A stretch of DNA of 64,000 nt from Escherichia coli (GCF_041248615.1 NZ_CP158426.1), one strand, 5' to 3'. Shown: positions 28,967 to 41,264, counted from the stretch's first letter. Notes: generated by a model from the letters alone, not told the origin. Numbers and translations are program-made.

Positions 28967-29203
28967 ATGTCTCGACTAATCACTTTACAGGACTGGGCTA
29001 AAGAAGAATTTGGGGACTTAGCACCAAGTGAGCGAGTTCTGAAAAAATACGCGCAAGGGAAAATGATGGCCCCACCCGCTATAAAAGTTGGTCGCTACTG
29101 GATGATTGACCGAAATTCCCGTTTTGTAGGAACGCTTGCAGAACCGCAACTCCCAATAAACGCAAACCCAAAACTCCAACGGATAATCGCTGATGGCTGC
29201 TAG
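28967..29203 (+). CDS. xis: excisionase
   Basis: 78-aa ORF overlapping the int start; Xis/AlpA-like KVGRYWMI motif. Confidence 0.75.
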   Translation: MSRLITLQDWAKEEFGDLAPSERVLKKYAQGKMMAPPAIKVGRYWMIDRNSRFVGTLAEPQLPINANPKLQRIIADGC

Positions 29204-30335
29204 ACCCCGATCTCACAAAATCTCTATACCCAATTTATATTGCAAATTAGATAAGCGAACCGGAAAGGTATATTGGCAATACAAACATCCACTATCCGGT
29301 CGTTTTCATAGCTTAGGAACTGATGAGAATGAAGCAAAACAAGTTGCTACTGAAGCAAATACCATTATTGCTGAACAACGTACCCGACAAATATTAAGCG
29401 TCAATGAGCGTCTAGAAAGAATGAAAGGCAGGCGCTCAGACATTACGGTGACAGAATGGCTTGATAAATATATTTCTATCCAGGAGGACAGGCTGCAACA
29501 TAATGAACTAAGACCCAACTCCTATCGGCAAAAAGGCAAACCCATTCGTCTTTTCCGTGAGCATTGTGGAATGCAACACCTCAAGGATATTACCGCACTT
29601 GATATTGCCGAAATAATTGATGCTGTAAAGGCTGAAGGTCATAACAGGATGGCGCAAGTCGTGAGAATGGTGTTGATCGACGTCTTCAAAGAAGCACAAC
29701 ACGCAGGACATGTTCCGCCAGGATTTAACCCAGCGCAGGCAACAAAACAACCGCGAAATCGAGTAAACCGCCAAAGATTATCACTGCCCGAATGGCAGGC
29801 AATATTTGACAGCGTAAGCAGACGGCAGCCCTATTTAAAATGCGGGATGCTACTTGCTCTTGTCACTGGACAACGTTTAGGCGATATCTGCAATTTGAAA
29901 TTCTCTGATATCTGGGACGACATGTTGCACATTACTCAGGAAAAAACCGGTTCAAAACTTGCTATTCCGCTTAACCTGAAATGCGATGCTCTGAATATTA
30001 CCCTTCGTGAAGTTATATCTCAGTGCAGGGATGCTGTTGTTAGTAAATATCTGGTCCATTACCGTCACACTACCTCTCAAGCAAACAGAGGAGACCAGGT
30101 GTCTGCAAATACTCTTACAACGGCTTTTAAAAAGGCCAGGGAAAAATGTGGCATAAAATGGGAGCCAGGAACTGCGCCCACATTTCATGAGCAGCGATCT
30201 CTGTCAGAACGGTTATATCGGGAACAGGGTCTGGATACGCAAAAGTTGTTAGGTCATAAATCCAGAAAAATGACCGACCGATACAATGATGATCGTGGTA
30301 AAGACTGGATTATCGTAGATATCAAAACAGCATAG
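29193..30335 (+). CDS. int: tyrosine integrase (e14/phage 21 icd-targeting type)
   Basis: 380-aa ORF with C-terminal catalytic region (HEQRSL...LGHKSRKMTDRY); adjacent to the icd 3' end. Confidence 0.9.
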   Translation: MAARPRSHKISIPNLYCKLDKRTGKVYWQYKHPLSGRFHSLGTDENEAKQVATEANTIIAEQRTRQILSVNERLERMKGRRSDITVTEWLDKYISIQEDRLQHNELRPNSYRQKGKPIRLFREHCGMQHLKDITALDIAEIIDAVKAEGHNRMAQVVRMVLIDVFKEAQHAGHVPPGFNPAQATKQPRNRVNRQRLSLPEWQAIFDSVSRRQPYLKCGMLLALVTGQRLGDICNLKFSDIWDDMLHITQEKTGSKLAIPLNLKCDALNITLREVISQCRDAVVSKYLVHYRHTTSQANRGDQVSANTLTTAFKKAREKCGIKWEPGTAPTFHEQRSLSERLYREQGLDTQKLLGHKSRKMTDRYNDDRGKDWIIVDIKTA

Positions 30336-30345
30336 AAAATAGCCA

Positions 30346-30382
30346 GTTTTGGGGAAGGGTTTTGGGGAAAGTTTTGGGGAAG
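30346..30382 (+). repeat. three tandem 12-13-bp direct repeats GTTTTGGGGAAG next to int
   Basis: units start at 30346, 30359 and 30371, between the int stop and the icd terminator; candidate arm-type Int binding sites. Confidence 0.5.
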
Positions 30383-30402
30383 ATTTTACATCATCATAAA
30401 AC

Positions 30403-30425
30403 AACGGGCGTGTTATACGCCCGTT
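30403..30425 (-). terminator. icd intrinsic terminator
   Basis: stem ACGGGCG/CGCCCGT with 7-nt loop; on the minus strand it is followed by TTGTTTTATGATG. Confidence 0.7.
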
Positions 30426-30448
30426 ACAATATTTAACACATGTAGTGA

Positions 30449-31699
30449 TTACATATTCTTGATGATCGCATCACCAAACTCTGAACATTTCAGCAGCTTA
30501 GCGCCTTCCATCAGACGTTCGAAGTCATAGGTTACGGTCTTCGCATTGATTGCGCCTTCCATACCTTTAACAATCAGGTCTGCGGCTTCAGTCCAGCCCA
30601 TATGGCGCAGCATCATCTCAGCGGAGAGAATAATAGAGCCAGGGTTAACTTTGTCCTGACCGGCATATTTCGGCGCAGTACCGTGGGTGGCTTCAAACAG
30701 GGCGCATTCGTCACCGATGTTTGCGCCTGGGGCGATACCGATACCGCCGACCTGTGCAGCCAGAGCGTCAGAAATGTAGTCACCGTTCAGGTTCATACAG
30801 GCGATAACATCATATTCAGCCGGACGCAGCAGGATCTGTTGCAGGAATGCATCAGCAATCACATCTTTAATGACGATCTCTTTGCCGGTATTCGGGTTTT
30901 TAACTTTCAGCCACGGGCCGCCGTCGATCAGTTCACCGCCAAACTCTTCACGCGCCAGCTGGTAGCCCCAGTCTTTAAACGCGCCTTCGGTGAACTTCAT
31001 GATGTTGCCTTTGTGCACCAGGGTCACAGAGTCACGATCGTTAGCAATTGCGTATTCGATCGCGGCACGGACCAGACGTTTGGTGCCTTCTTCAGAACAC
31101 GGCTTAATACCGATACCGCAATGTTCCGGGAAGCGAATTTTCTTCACGCCCATCTCTTCACGCAGGAATTTAATCACTTTCTCGGCGTCGGCAGAGTCAG
31201 CTTTCCATTCGATACCCGCATAAATGTCTTCCGAGTTTTCACGGAAGATAACCATATCGGTCAGTTCAGGATGTTTAACCGGGCTTGGGGTGCCCTGATA
31301 GTAACGTACCGGACGCAGGCAGATGTAGAGATCCAGTTCCTGGCGCAGGGCAACGTTCAGAGAACGAATACCGCCACCAACCGGAGTGGTCAGAGGGCCT
31401 TTAATGGCAACGCGATATTCACGAATCAGATCAAGGGTTTCAGCAGGCAGCCAGACATCCTGACCATAAACCTGTGTGGATTTTTCACCGGTGTAAATTT
31501 CCATCCAGGAGATTTTACGCTCGCCTTTATAGGCTTTCTCGACTGCAGCGTCGACCACTTTCAGCATGGCTGGGGTTACATCTACACCGATTCCATCACC
31601 TTCAATGTAAGGGATAATCGGATTTTCAGGAACGTTGAGTTTGCCGTTTTGCAGGGTGATCTTCTTGCCTTGTGCCGGAACAACTACTTTACTTTCCAT
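30449..31699 (-). CDS. icd: isocitrate dehydrogenase (NADP), with prophage-associated 3' end
   Basis: 416-aa ORF, full-length Icd; C-terminal residues ...[20 protein letters not shown]. Confidence 0.95.
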   Translation of the reverse strand: MESKVVVPAQGKKITLQNGKLNVPENPIIPYIEGDGIGVDVTPAMLKVVDAAVEKAYKGERKISWMEIYTGEKSTQVYGQDVWLPAETLDLIREYRVAIKGPLTTPVGGGIRSLNVALRQELDLYICLRPVRYYQGTPSPVKHPELTDMVIFRENSEDIYAGIEWKADSADAEKVIKFLREEMGVKKIRFPEHCGIGIKPCSEEGTKRLVRAAIEYAIANDRDSVTLVHKGNIMKFTEGAFKDWGYQLAREEFGGELIDGGPWLKVKNPNTGKEIVIKDVIADAFLQQILLRPAEYDVIACMNLNGDYISDALAAQVGGIGIAPGANIGDECALFEATHGTAPKYAGQDKVNPGSIILSAEMMLRHMGWTEAADLIVKGMEGAINAKTVTYDFERLMEGAKLLKCSEFGDAIIKNM

Positions 31700-31870
31700 T
31701 CACCTCTCCTTCGAGCGCTACTGGTTTGCTCGTCTGCCACCACGTTGCATATGCGTTTGCGTCCTGCGATACGGATGCATTAGAGCAATTTTTTGTTAAT
31801 GATTTGTAATTGGCTTGTCAATACTACCCTATTGTTTGCCGTCATGAAAGATGCGCGTTATTAGGCTATA

Positions 31871-32014
31871 ATGCGGCAATTCATAATCTCTGAAAATACC
31901 ATGCAAAAAACTTCTTTTAGACCAAAGACAGTATTTTTCAGACCTTCAAATAAGGCATTAAATATCAATAAGTTACACCAGTTTTTAAGCAATAAAAAAA
32001 ACCACCAGAGATAA
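31871..32014 (+). pseudogene. displaced 5' fragment of rluE (first ~17 codons, then unrelated sequence)
   Basis: ATGCGGCAATTCATAATCTCTGAAAATACCATGCAAAAAACTTCTTTTAG encodes MRQFIISENTMQKTSF, which matches the E. coli K-12 RluE N-terminus as I recall it; the reading frame then diverges. Confidence 0.5.
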
Positions 32015-32160
32015 CTAACAGGATGCTATTTGGTCAAAATTTGACATTACTCGACTCAGCGACTATCTCACTTTGAGCACTATTGGGAAAATTATCAAAA
32101 GTCATGGTTGAAGCGACAAGCAACGAGTAAATTATGGCATCCCCCCTTTTTGAGGTTCAC

Positions 32161-32247
32161 ATGAAACGCTTTGCACTGATAGCTGTGAAACTCGTTGCCT
32201 TTACTGGTTCTGCATCTGCTGCAACCGAAGAAATCAACTTCAAGTAA
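32161..32247 (+). CDS. 28-aa mini-ORF resembling an isolated signal peptide
   Basis: MKRFALIAVKLVAFTGSASAATEEINFK with GAGG 5 nt upstream; same reading frame as the downstream 149-aa ORF, separated by two stop codons. Confidence 0.3.
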   Translation: MKRFALIAVKLVAFTGSASAATEEINFK

Positions 32248-32280
32248 CAGAAACACTATATAACAATGGAGTGTTGACAA

Positions 32281-32730
32281 ATGGATACTACCGAAGAACG
32301 CAATGGAACATATTTCTACAGAGGACACCCGAACCTGTCCAAAATAGAACTACTCAACGTCATATTCCTTGAAGAATTCTGTAAGGAATTGGGGATTGAT
32401 TCGGTATCAGGTGCAGCAATCTTATCTGGTCAACCGTGGCTGGGTACAAGAGCGAAGCCGCAAGGGGCAACCCTGGGAACAAGTGTTGTCTCAAAGTATG
32501 CGCGTATACTGATGAGAGATGCACGCATGCCTTTTGGTATTTCTGTTCATACACCAGTGGGTGTAAGGATGCAGAAATCTAATAAGCTTGCTGCAATTAT
32601 CGCTCGTTGGGTCCCGTGGATTGGTTGGGCTTCACTGTCGATGAGTCTTTACAGGGTTTCGACTCGTACCCAGGAAAAATACAATCTGATTGCCAAACCT
32701 CAAGACCGTATTAAGTGGACTTCCTTCTAA
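32281..32730 (+). CDS. hypothetical protein (149 aa), first gene of an overlapping pair
   Basis: ORF-track entry; no family assigned. Confidence 0.55.
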   Translation: MDTTEERNGTYFYRGHPNLSKIELLNVIFLEEFCKELGIDSVSGAAILSGQPWLGTRAKPQGATLGTSVVSKYARILMRDARMPFGISVHTPVGVRMQKSNKLAAIIARWVPWIGWASLSMSLYRVSTRTQEKYNLIAKPQDRIKWTSF

Positions 32731-33065
32731 TGGCGACAACAATCACAGACGAAGTTTTAGCACTGTTCCGTGATGAGATTCCAGGTTATCAGGATGACCA
32801 CGGGAAGGAAATTCCGTTAGAACTGGACTCTGATTTGTTCGACTATCCACGAGATGATTTAGAGGACGCTATACGGAAATACAAAGAGAGGTTTGGGATT
32901 AACCTGGATAATCTGGACTGGTCTTTGTACCTTCCATGGGAGTCTGCACCATTGCTTCAACGATGGTTCAAGCTCAAGCGGGAAGAGGTAGAAACAACAC
33001 GTTTACCGTTAACTGTACGGATGTTTGCAGAATCAGCAGAAGCGGGAAAATGGCTGTATCAGTAG
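32715..33065 (+). CDS. hypothetical small acidic protein (116 aa), overlapping the upstream ORF by 16 nt
   Basis: ORF-track entry; acidic composition; no family assigned with confidence. Confidence 0.55.
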   Translation: MDFLLMATTITDEVLALFRDEIPGYQDDHGKEIPLELDSDLFDYPRDDLEDAIRKYKERFGINLDNLDWSLYLPWESAPLLQRWFKLKREEVETTRLPLTVRMFAESAEAGKWLYQ

Positions 33066-33397
33066 AATAAAAAAGAAGGCTGCGATGCCCCTCTTATTAC
33101 TGCTGTTGATGGTAGTGGTAAAGCATCATCCTGAACTTGAACAGTGAAGTGCTGTCACCCATCAGTAATACAGAAACACTATTTTTCATACCAGTATTTA
33201 TTCAATTCATCAATGTAAAATGTGTTCATTGGGCCATATTTATCACCATGCAGCCACACAACCGCTGCTCACTAACCCAGGTATTGATGAAACCGCGCTG
33301 AAGAGCCTGAACCCTGAACCTCTAACGAGTACCTTAAAAGTCCAATGCAATCCGACACTGTGCTACCCTCTGCGTATAGCTCTATTTGGAATTTACC

Positions 33398-34036
33398 ATG
33401 AAATACTTTAGCGATTCTAAATCTTCTTTTAGAAAAAAACAGGTTAGTCGACTAAACTCGCAACACTCCACTAAGCGTAAACCTGAAAACCAGCCCACGC
33501 GCGTGATCCTGTTCAATAAACCCTACGATGTTCTTCCGCAGTTCACCGATGAAGCCGGACGCAAAACATTAAAAGAATTCATCCCGGTTCAGGGCGTTTA
33601 TGCAGCAGGTCGTCTTGACCGCGATAGCGAAGGGTTACTGGTGCTGACCAATAACGGCGCGTTGCAGGCGCGTTTAACCCAGCCGGGTAAACGCACCGGA
33701 AAAATCTATTATGTGCAGGTGGAAGGTATTCCCACACAAGACGCACTTGAAGCCTTGCGCAATGGCGTAACCTTAAATGATGGCTCTACCCTGCCCGCAG
33801 GCGTAGAGCTGGTTGACGAACCCGCGTGGTTATGGCCGCGGAATCCACCAATTCGTGAACGCAAAAGTATTCCCACCAGCTGGCTGAAGATCACCTTATA
33901 TGAAGGACGTAATCGCCAGGTGCGCCGCATGACCGCCCATGTTGGTTTCCCCACGCTGCGACTGATTCGCTATGCGATGGGTGATTACTCTTTGGATAAT
34001 CTTGCCAATGGCGAATGGCGAGAAGCGACAGATTAA
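33398..34036 (+). CDS. rluE: 23S rRNA pseudouridine(2457) synthase
   Basis: ORF 33386-34036; ATG at 33398 ([15 protein letters not shown]...); from residue ~20 onward matches K-12 RluE as I recall it. Confidence 0.85.
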   Translation: MKYFSDSKSSFRKKQVSRLNSQHSTKRKPENQPTRVILFNKPYDVLPQFTDEAGRKTLKEFIPVQGVYAAGRLDRDSEGLLVLTNNGALQARLTQPGKRTGKIYYVQVEGIPTQDALEALRNGVTLNDGSTLPAGVELVDEPAWLWPRNPPIRERKSIPTSWLKITLYEGRNRQVRRMTAHVGFPTLRLIRYAMGDYSLDNLANGEWREATD

Positions 34037-34045
34037 GGACGCAAA

Positions 34046-34507
34046 ATGTTTAAACCGCACGTTACCGTTGCTTGCGTGGTGCACGCAGAAGGCAAATTTT
34101 TAGTCGTTGAAGAGACGATTAATGGTAAAGCGTTATGGAACCAACCTGCCGGGCATCTGGAAGCCGATGAAACCTTAGTGGAAGCCGCCGCCCGTGAGCT
34201 GTGGGAAGAAACCGGCATCAGCGCGCAGCCGCAACACTTTATTCGTATGCATCAGTGGATTGCGCCAGATAAAACGCCGTTTTTGCGTTTCCTCTTTGCC
34301 ATTGAGCTTGAGCAAATATGCCCGACCCAGCCTCATGACAGCGATATCGACTGCTGCCGTTGGGTCAGCGCCGAAGAAATTTTACAGGCGTCAAATCTTC
34401 GTTCGCCGCTGGTGGCGGAAAGTATTCGTTGTTATCAAAGCGGGCAACGCTATCCGCTGGAGATGATTGGCGATTTTAACTGGCCTTTTACAAAGGGTGT
34501 CATCTAA
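34046..34507 (+). CDS. nudJ: Nudix phosphatase NudJ
   Basis: 153-aa ORF with Nudix box ([22 protein letters not shown]). Confidence 0.9.
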
Positions 34508-34560
34508 AAGGCTGCGTGATAGAATACGCCGCCTTGAAGTTCAATGTCGTGAGTGATCCA

Positions 34561-35667
34561 ATGTCTGAAACCGCAAAAAAAGTAATCGTCGGCATGTCCG
34601 GCGGTGTCGATTCCTCCGTTTCTGCCTGGCTGTTGCAACAACAGGGATATCAGGTCGAAGGCCTGTTTATGAAGAACTGGGAAGAAGACGACGGTGAAGA
34701 ATATTGCACGGCGGCAGCGGATCTGGCTGATGCCCAGGCTGTCTGCGACAAGCTCGGCATTGAACTGCACACCGTTAACTTTGCTGCCGAGTACTGGGAC
34801 AACGTCTTCGAACTGTTCCTTGCCGAATATAAAGCCGGTCGCACGCCGAATCCGGATATTCTGTGCAACAAAGAGATCAAATTTAAAGCCTTCCTCGAAT
34901 TTGCCGCTGAAGATTTAGGTGCCGATTATATCGCTACCGGTCATTACGTACGTCGGGCAGATGTCGATGGCAAGAGCCGCCTGCTGCGTGGTCTGGACAG
35001 CAATAAAGACCAGAGCTACTTCCTTTATACGCTTAGCCATGAGCAGATTGCGCAAAGCCTGTTCCCGGTCGGCGAACTGGAAAAACCGCAGGTGCGTAAG
35101 ATTGCTGAAGATCTTGGTCTGGTCACCGCGAAGAAAAAAGACTCTACCGGCATTTGCTTCATTGGCGAGCGTAAATTCCGCGAGTTCCTGGGCCGTTATC
35201 TCCCGGTGCAACCGGGCAAAATCATTACCGTCGATGGCGATGAAATTGGTGAGCACCAGGGGCTGATGTATCACACCCTCGGTCAGCGTAAAGGTCTGGG
35301 TATCGGTGGCACCAAAGACGGCACCGAAGAACCGTGGTATGTGGTCGATAAAGACGTCGAAAACAACATTCTGATTGTTGCGCAGGGCCATGAACACCCG
35401 CGTCTGATGTCTGTCGGTCTGATTGCCCAGCAGCTGCACTGGGTCGATCGCGAGCCGTTCACCGGTACTATGCGTTGCACAGTAAAAACCCGCTATCGCC
35501 AGACCGACATCCCGTGCACCGTCAAGGCGCTGGACGATGATCGCATTGAAGTGATTTTCGATGAGCCGGTTGCCGCCGTGACGCCGGGCCAGTCTGCCGT
35601 TTTCTATAACGGTGAAGTGTGCCTCGGTGGCGGTATTATTGAGCAGCGTCTGCCGCTGCCGGTCTGA
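34561..35667 (+). CDS. mnmA: tRNA 2-thiouridylase
   Basis: ORF 34516-35667; start [19 protein letters not shown] at 34561 gives 368 aa; PP-loop motif. Confidence 0.9.
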   Translation: MSETAKKVIVGMSGGVDSSVSAWLLQQQGYQVEGLFMKNWEEDDGEEYCTAAADLADAQAVCDKLGIELHTVNFAAEYWDNVFELFLAEYKAGRTPNPDILCNKEIKFKAFLEFAAEDLGADYIATGHYVRRADVDGKSRLLRGLDSNKDQSYFLYTLSHEQIAQSLFPVGELEKPQVRKIAEDLGLVTAKKKDSTGICFIGERKFREFLGRYLPVQPGKIITVDGDEIGEHQGLMYHTLGQRKGLGIGGTKDGTEEPWYVVDKDVENNILIVAQGHEHPRLMSVGLIAQQLHWVDREPFTGTMRCTVKTRYRQTDIPCTVKALDDDRIEVIFDEPVAAVTPGQSAVFYNGEVCLGGGIIEQRLPLPV

Positions 35668-35702
35668 TTATTATCTTTACTTAAAACAAGGAAGCAGTGA
35701 AC

Positions 35703-36344
35703 GTGGCAAAGAATTACTATGACATCACCCTCGCCCTAGCCGGTATTTGTCAGTCGGCACGCCTGGTGCAACAACTCGCTCACCAGGGGCATTGTGATGC
35801 CGATGCGCTACACGTCTCACTCAACAGTATTATTGATATGAACCCCAGCTCGACGCTGGCGGTTTTTGGCGGCAGCGAAGCCAACCTGCGCGTCGGGCTG
35901 GAAACCTTGCTCGGCGTGCTCAATGCCAGCAGTCGCCAGGGCTTAAACGCTGAGTTAACCCGCTACACACTCAGCCTGATGGTGCTTGAGCGCAAACTCT
36001 CCTCAGCGAAAGGTGCGCTCGACACTCTGGGCAACCGGATCAACGGCCTGCAACGCCAGCTCGAACACTTCGATTTACAGTCCGAAACGCTGATGAGCGC
36101 GATGGCTGCTATCTATGTTGATGTGATTAGCCCGCTTGGCCCGCGCATTCAGGTAACCGGTTCCCCTGCTGTACTGCAAAGCCCACAAGTGCAGGCGAAA
36201 GTTCGCGCAACCCTGCTGGCAGGCATTCGCGCCGCCGTGCTCTGGCACCAGGTTGGCGGCGGACGTCTGCAACTGATGTTTTCTCGTAATCGCCTGACCA
36301 CTCAGGCAAAACAAATTCTTGCTCATTTAACCCCGGAGTTGTGA
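35703..36344 (+). CDS. hflD: high-frequency lysogenization protein HflD
   Basis: ORF 35697-36344; GTG start at 35703 gives 213 aa. Confidence 0.85.
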   Translation: MAKNYYDITLALAGICQSARLVQQLAHQGHCDADALHVSLNSIIDMNPSSTLAVFGGSEANLRVGLETLLGVLNASSRQGLNAELTRYTLSLMVLERKLSSAKGALDTLGNRINGLQRQLEHFDLQSETLMSAMAAIYVDVISPLGPRIQVTGSPAVLQSPQVQAKVRATLLAGIRAAVLWHQVGGGRLQLMFSRNRLTTQAKQILAHLTPEL

Positions 36345-37718
<1,374 letters not shown>

Positions 37719-37809
37719 GCCTCAAAACAGTGCCGGATGGCGATGCTGTCCGGCCTGCTTATTAAGATTATCCACTTTTTCTTTTTTCACTTTACCTCCC
37801 CTCCCCGCT

Positions 37810-37826
37810 GGTTTATTTAATGTTTA
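37810..37826 (+). promoter_or_regulatory. PhoP box (GGTTTA-N5-TGTTTA) of the autoregulated phoPQ promoter
   Basis: GGTTTATTTAATGTTTA read about 60 bp upstream of phoP. Confidence 0.8.
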
Positions 37827-37887
37827 CCCCCATAACCACATAATCGCGTTACACTATTTTAATAATTAAGACAGGGAGAAATAAAAA

Positions 37888-38559
37888 ATGCGCGTACTGG
37901 TTGTTGAAGACAATGCGTTGTTACGTCACCATCTTAAAGTTCAGATTCAGGATGCTGGTCATCAGGTCGATGACGCAGAAGATGCCAAAGAAGCCGATTA
38001 TTATCTCAATGAACATTTACCGGATATTGCGATTGTCGATCTCGGTTTGCCTGACGAGGACGGTCTGTCACTGATACGCCGCTGGCGTAGCAATGATGTT
38101 TCACTGCCGATTCTGGTATTAACCGCCCGTGAAAGCTGGCAGGACAAAGTCGAAGTATTAAGTGCCGGTGCTGATGATTACGTGACTAAACCGTTTCATA
38201 TTGAAGAGGTGATGGCGCGAATGCAGGCATTAATGCGGCGTAATAGCGGTCTGGCTTCACAGGTCATTTCGCTACCCCCGTTTCAGGTTGATCTCTCCCG
38301 CCGTGAATTATCTATTAATGACGAAGTGATCAAACTGACCGCGTTCGAATACACCATCATGGAAACGTTGATACGCAATAATGGCAAAGTGGTCAGCAAA
38401 GATTCGTTAATGCTACAACTCTACCCGGATGCGGAGCTGCGGGAAAGTCATACCATAGATGTACTGATGGGACGTCTGCGCAAAAAAATACAGGCACAAT
38501 ATCCGCAAGAAGTGATTACCACCGTTCGCGGCCAGGGCTATCTGTTCGAATTGCGCTGA
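37888..38559 (+). CDS. phoP: response regulator PhoP
   Basis: 223-aa OmpR-family ORF. Confidence 0.95.
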   Translation: MRVLVVEDNALLRHHLKVQIQDAGHQVDDAEDAKEADYYLNEHLPDIAIVDLGLPDEDGLSLIRRWRSNDVSLPILVLTARESWQDKVEVLSAGADDYVTKPFHIEEVMARMQALMRRNSGLASQVISLPPFQVDLSRRELSINDEVIKLTAFEYTIMETLIRNNGKVVSKDSLMLQLYPDAELRESHTIDVLMGRLRKKIQAQYPQEVITTVRGQGYLFELR

Positions 38560-40019
38560 TGAAAAAATTACTGCGTCTTTTTTTCCCGCTCTCGCTGCGG
38601 GTACGTTTTCTGTTAGCAACGGCAGCAGTAGTACTGGTGCTTTCGCTTGCCTACGGAATGGTTGCGCTGATCGGTTATAGCGTCAGTTTCGATAAAACCA
38701 CGTTTCGGCTGTTACGTGGCGAGAGCAATCTGTTCTATACCCTTGCGAAGTGGGAAAACAATAAGTTGCATGTCGAGTTACCCGAAAATATCGACAAGCA
38801 AAGCCCCACTATGACGCTAATTTATGATGAGAACGGGCAGCTTTTATGGGCGCAACGTGACGTGCCCTGGCTGATGAAGATGATCCAGCCTGACTGGCTG
38901 AAATCGAATGGTTTTCATGAAATTGAAGCGGATGTTAACGATACCAGCCTCTTGCTGAGTGGAGATCATTCGATACAGCAACAGTTGCAGGAAGTGCGGG
39001 AAGATGATGACGACGCGGAGATGACCCACTCGGTGGCGGTAAACGTCTACCCGGCAACATCGCGGATGCCAAAGTTGACCATTGTGGTGGTGGATACCAT
39101 TCCGGTGGAGCTAAAAAGTTCCTATATGGTCTGGAGCTGGTTTATCTATGTGCTCTCAGCCAATCTGCTGTTAGTGATCCCGCTGCTGTGGGTCGCCGCC
39201 TGGTGGAGTTTACGCCCCATCGAAGCCCTGGCAAAAGAAGTCCGCGAACTGGAAGAACATAACCGCGAATTGCTCAATCCAGCCACAACGCGAGAACTGA
39301 CCAGTCTGGTACGAAACCTGAACCGATTGTTAAAAAGTGAACGCGAACGTTACGACAAATATCGTACGACGCTCACCGACCTGACCCATAGTCTGAAAAC
39401 GCCACTGGCGGTGCTGCAAAGTACGCTGCGTTCTCTGCGTAGTGAGAAGATGAGCGTCAGTGATGCTGAACCGGTAATGCTGGAGCAAATCAGCCGCATT
39501 TCACAGCAAATTGGCTACTACCTGCATCGTGCCAGTATGCGCGGCGGGACATTGCTCAGCCGCGAGCTGCATCCGGTCGCCCCACTGCTGGACAATCTCA
39601 CCTCGGCGCTGAACAAAGTGTATCAACGCAAAGGGGTCAATATCTCTCTCGATATTTCGCCAGAGATCAGCTTTGTCGGTGAGCAGAACGATTTTGTCGA
39701 GGTGATGGGCAACGTGCTGGATAATGCCTGTAAATATTGCCTCGAGTTTGTCGAAATATCTGCAAGGCAAACAGACGAGCATCTCTATATTGTGGTCGAG
39801 GATGATGGCCCCGGTATTCCATTAAGCAAGCGAGAGGTCATTTTCGACCGTGGTCAACGGGTTGATACTTTACGCCCTGGGCAAGGTGTAGGGCTGGCGG
39901 TAGCCCGCGAAATCACCGAGCAATATGAGGGTAAAATCGTCGCCGGAGAGAGCATGCTGGGCGGTGCGCGGATGGAGGTGATTTTTGGTCGCCAGCATTC
40001 TGCGCCGAAAGATGAATAA
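38559..40019 (+). CDS. phoQ: sensor histidine kinase PhoQ
   Basis: 486-aa ORF with TM segments and HATPase motifs. Confidence 0.95.
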   Translation: MKKLLRLFFPLSLRVRFLLATAAVVLVLSLAYGMVALIGYSVSFDKTTFRLLRGESNLFYTLAKWENNKLHVELPENIDKQSPTMTLIYDENGQLLWAQRDVPWLMKMIQPDWLKSNGFHEIEADVNDTSLLLSGDHSIQQQLQEVREDDDDAEMTHSVAVNVYPATSRMPKLTIVVVDTIPVELKSSYMVWSWFIYVLSANLLLVIPLLWVAAWWSLRPIEALAKEVRELEEHNRELLNPATTRELTSLVRNLNRLLKSERERYDKYRTTLTDLTHSLKTPLAVLQSTLRSLRSEKMSVSDAEPVMLEQISRISQQIGYYLHRASMRGGTLLSRELHPVAPLLDNLTSALNKVYQRKGVNISLDISPEISFVGEQNDFVEVMGNVLDNACKYCLEFVEISARQTDEHLYIVVEDDGPGIPLSKREVIFDRGQRVDTLRPGQGVGLAVAREITEQYEGKIVAGESMLGGARMEVIFGRQHSAPKDE

Positions 40020-40094
40020 ATATGTCCATACTTCACGCATTACGTTAAGCATCCGTTATAATCGGTTGCAGATACCAGCCTGTGGATGCTTAAC

Positions 40095-41216
40095 ATGGAA
40101 TACCAACTCACTCTTAACTGGCCCGATTTTCTTGAACGTCACTGGCAGAAACGTCCGGTGGTGTTAAAACGCGGCTTTAATAATTTTATTGACCCGATCT
40201 CTCCAGACGAGTTGGCGGGTTTGGCGATGGAAAGCGAAGTCGACAGTCGACTGGTCAGTCACCAGGATGGCAAATGGCAGGTCAGCCACGGCCCGTTCGA
40301 AAGCTACGATCATCTCGGTGAAACTAACTGGTCATTGTTAGTGCAGGCAGTGAACCACTGGCATGAGCCGACCGCCGCGCTGATGCGACCGTTCCGTGAA
40401 CTACCGGACTGGCGTATTGATGATCTGATGATCTCTTTTTCTGTACCTGGCGGCGGCGTCGGCCCGCATCTCGATCAGTACGACGTGTTTATCATTCAGG
40501 GTACCGGACGTCGTCGCTGGCGAGTGGGCGAAAAGCTGCAAATGAAACAGCACTGCCCGCACCCGGATCTGTTACAGGTTGATCCGTTCGAAGCCATCAT
40601 TGATGAAGAACTGGAGCCAGGCGATATTCTTTATATTCCGCCAGGATTCCCCCATGAAGGCTACGCGCTGGAAAATGCGATGAACTATTCCGTCGGTTTT
40701 CGCGCACCAAATACGCGGGAACTGATTAGCGGATTTGCCGATTATGTGCTGCAACGTGAACTGGGCGGCAACTACTACAGCGATCCGGATGTCCCACCTC
40801 GCGCTCATCCTGCGGACGTTCTACCGCAAGAAATGGATAAACTGCGTGAGATGATGCTTGAATTGATCAACCAGCCGGAACACTTTAAGCAATGGTTTGG
40901 CGAGTTTATATCCCAGTCACGTCATGAACTGGATATCGCGCCACCAGAGCCGCCTTATCAGCCGGATGAAATCTACGATGCGCTAAAACAAGGTGATGTG
41001 CTGGTGCGCCTGGGTGGTCTGCGCGTATTGCGCATTGGCGACGACGTGTATGCCAATGGTGAGAAGATCGATTCCCCGCACCGTCCGGCACTGGATGCGC
41101 TCGCCAGCAACATTGCGCTGACCGCGGAGAATTTTGGTGATGCATTGGAAGATCCGTCATTCCTCGCGATGCTCGCGGCACTAGTCAATAGCGGGTATTG
41201 GTTCTTCGAAGGGTAA
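40095..41216 (+). CDS. roxA: ribosomal protein L16 arginine hydroxylase (JmjC family; RoxA/YcfD)
   Basis: ORF 40086-41216; start MEYQLTLNWPDF gives 373 aa. Confidence 0.85.
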   Translation: MEYQLTLNWPDFLERHWQKRPVVLKRGFNNFIDPISPDELAGLAMESEVDSRLVSHQDGKWQVSHGPFESYDHLGETNWSLLVQAVNHWHEPTAALMRPFRELPDWRIDDLMISFSVPGGGVGPHLDQYDVFIIQGTGRRRWRVGEKLQMKQHCPHPDLLQVDPFEAIIDEELEPGDILYIPPGFPHEGYALENAMNYSVGFRAPNTRELISGFADYVLQRELGGNYYSDPDVPPRAHPADVLPQEMDKLREMMLELINQPEHFKQWFGEFISQSRHELDIAPPEPPYQPDEIYDALKQGDVLVRLGGLRVLRIGDDVYANGEKIDSPHRPALDALASNIALTAENFGDALEDPSFLAMLAALVNSGYWFFEG

Positions 41217-41264
41217 GTTTGGATTTAAGCCGGATGCGGCATCACATGCCGCATCCCTTTTCGC

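Larger units (their letters stand above)
1..30448 (-). mobile_element. lambdoid prophage, int-proximal ~30 kb (tail genes lie beyond the window start); integrated at the 3' end of icd
   Basis: contiguous lambda-like gene order from head genes through cos, lysis, Q, replication, immunity, recombination, xis and int; int ends about 110 bp from the icd stop codon. Confidence 0.9.
31921..33418. other. ~1.5-kb inserted segment between the icd promoter and rluE, bounded by direct repeats (A)CTTCTTTTAG
   Basis: repeat copies at about 31907-31920 and 33419-33432; contains three ORFs and supplies a replacement rluE 5' end. Confidence 0.5.

Noticed and set aside
30346-30382. Possible CRISPR or satellite repeat
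   Set aside because: Only three 12-13-bp units directly abutting int; better explained as integrase arm-type sites.
30602-31783. 393-aa plus-strand ORF
   Set aside because: Lies entirely antisense to icd, a confidently identified conserved gene; shadow ORF.
34915-35439. 174-aa minus-strand ORF
   Set aside because: Antisense within mnmA; shadow ORF.
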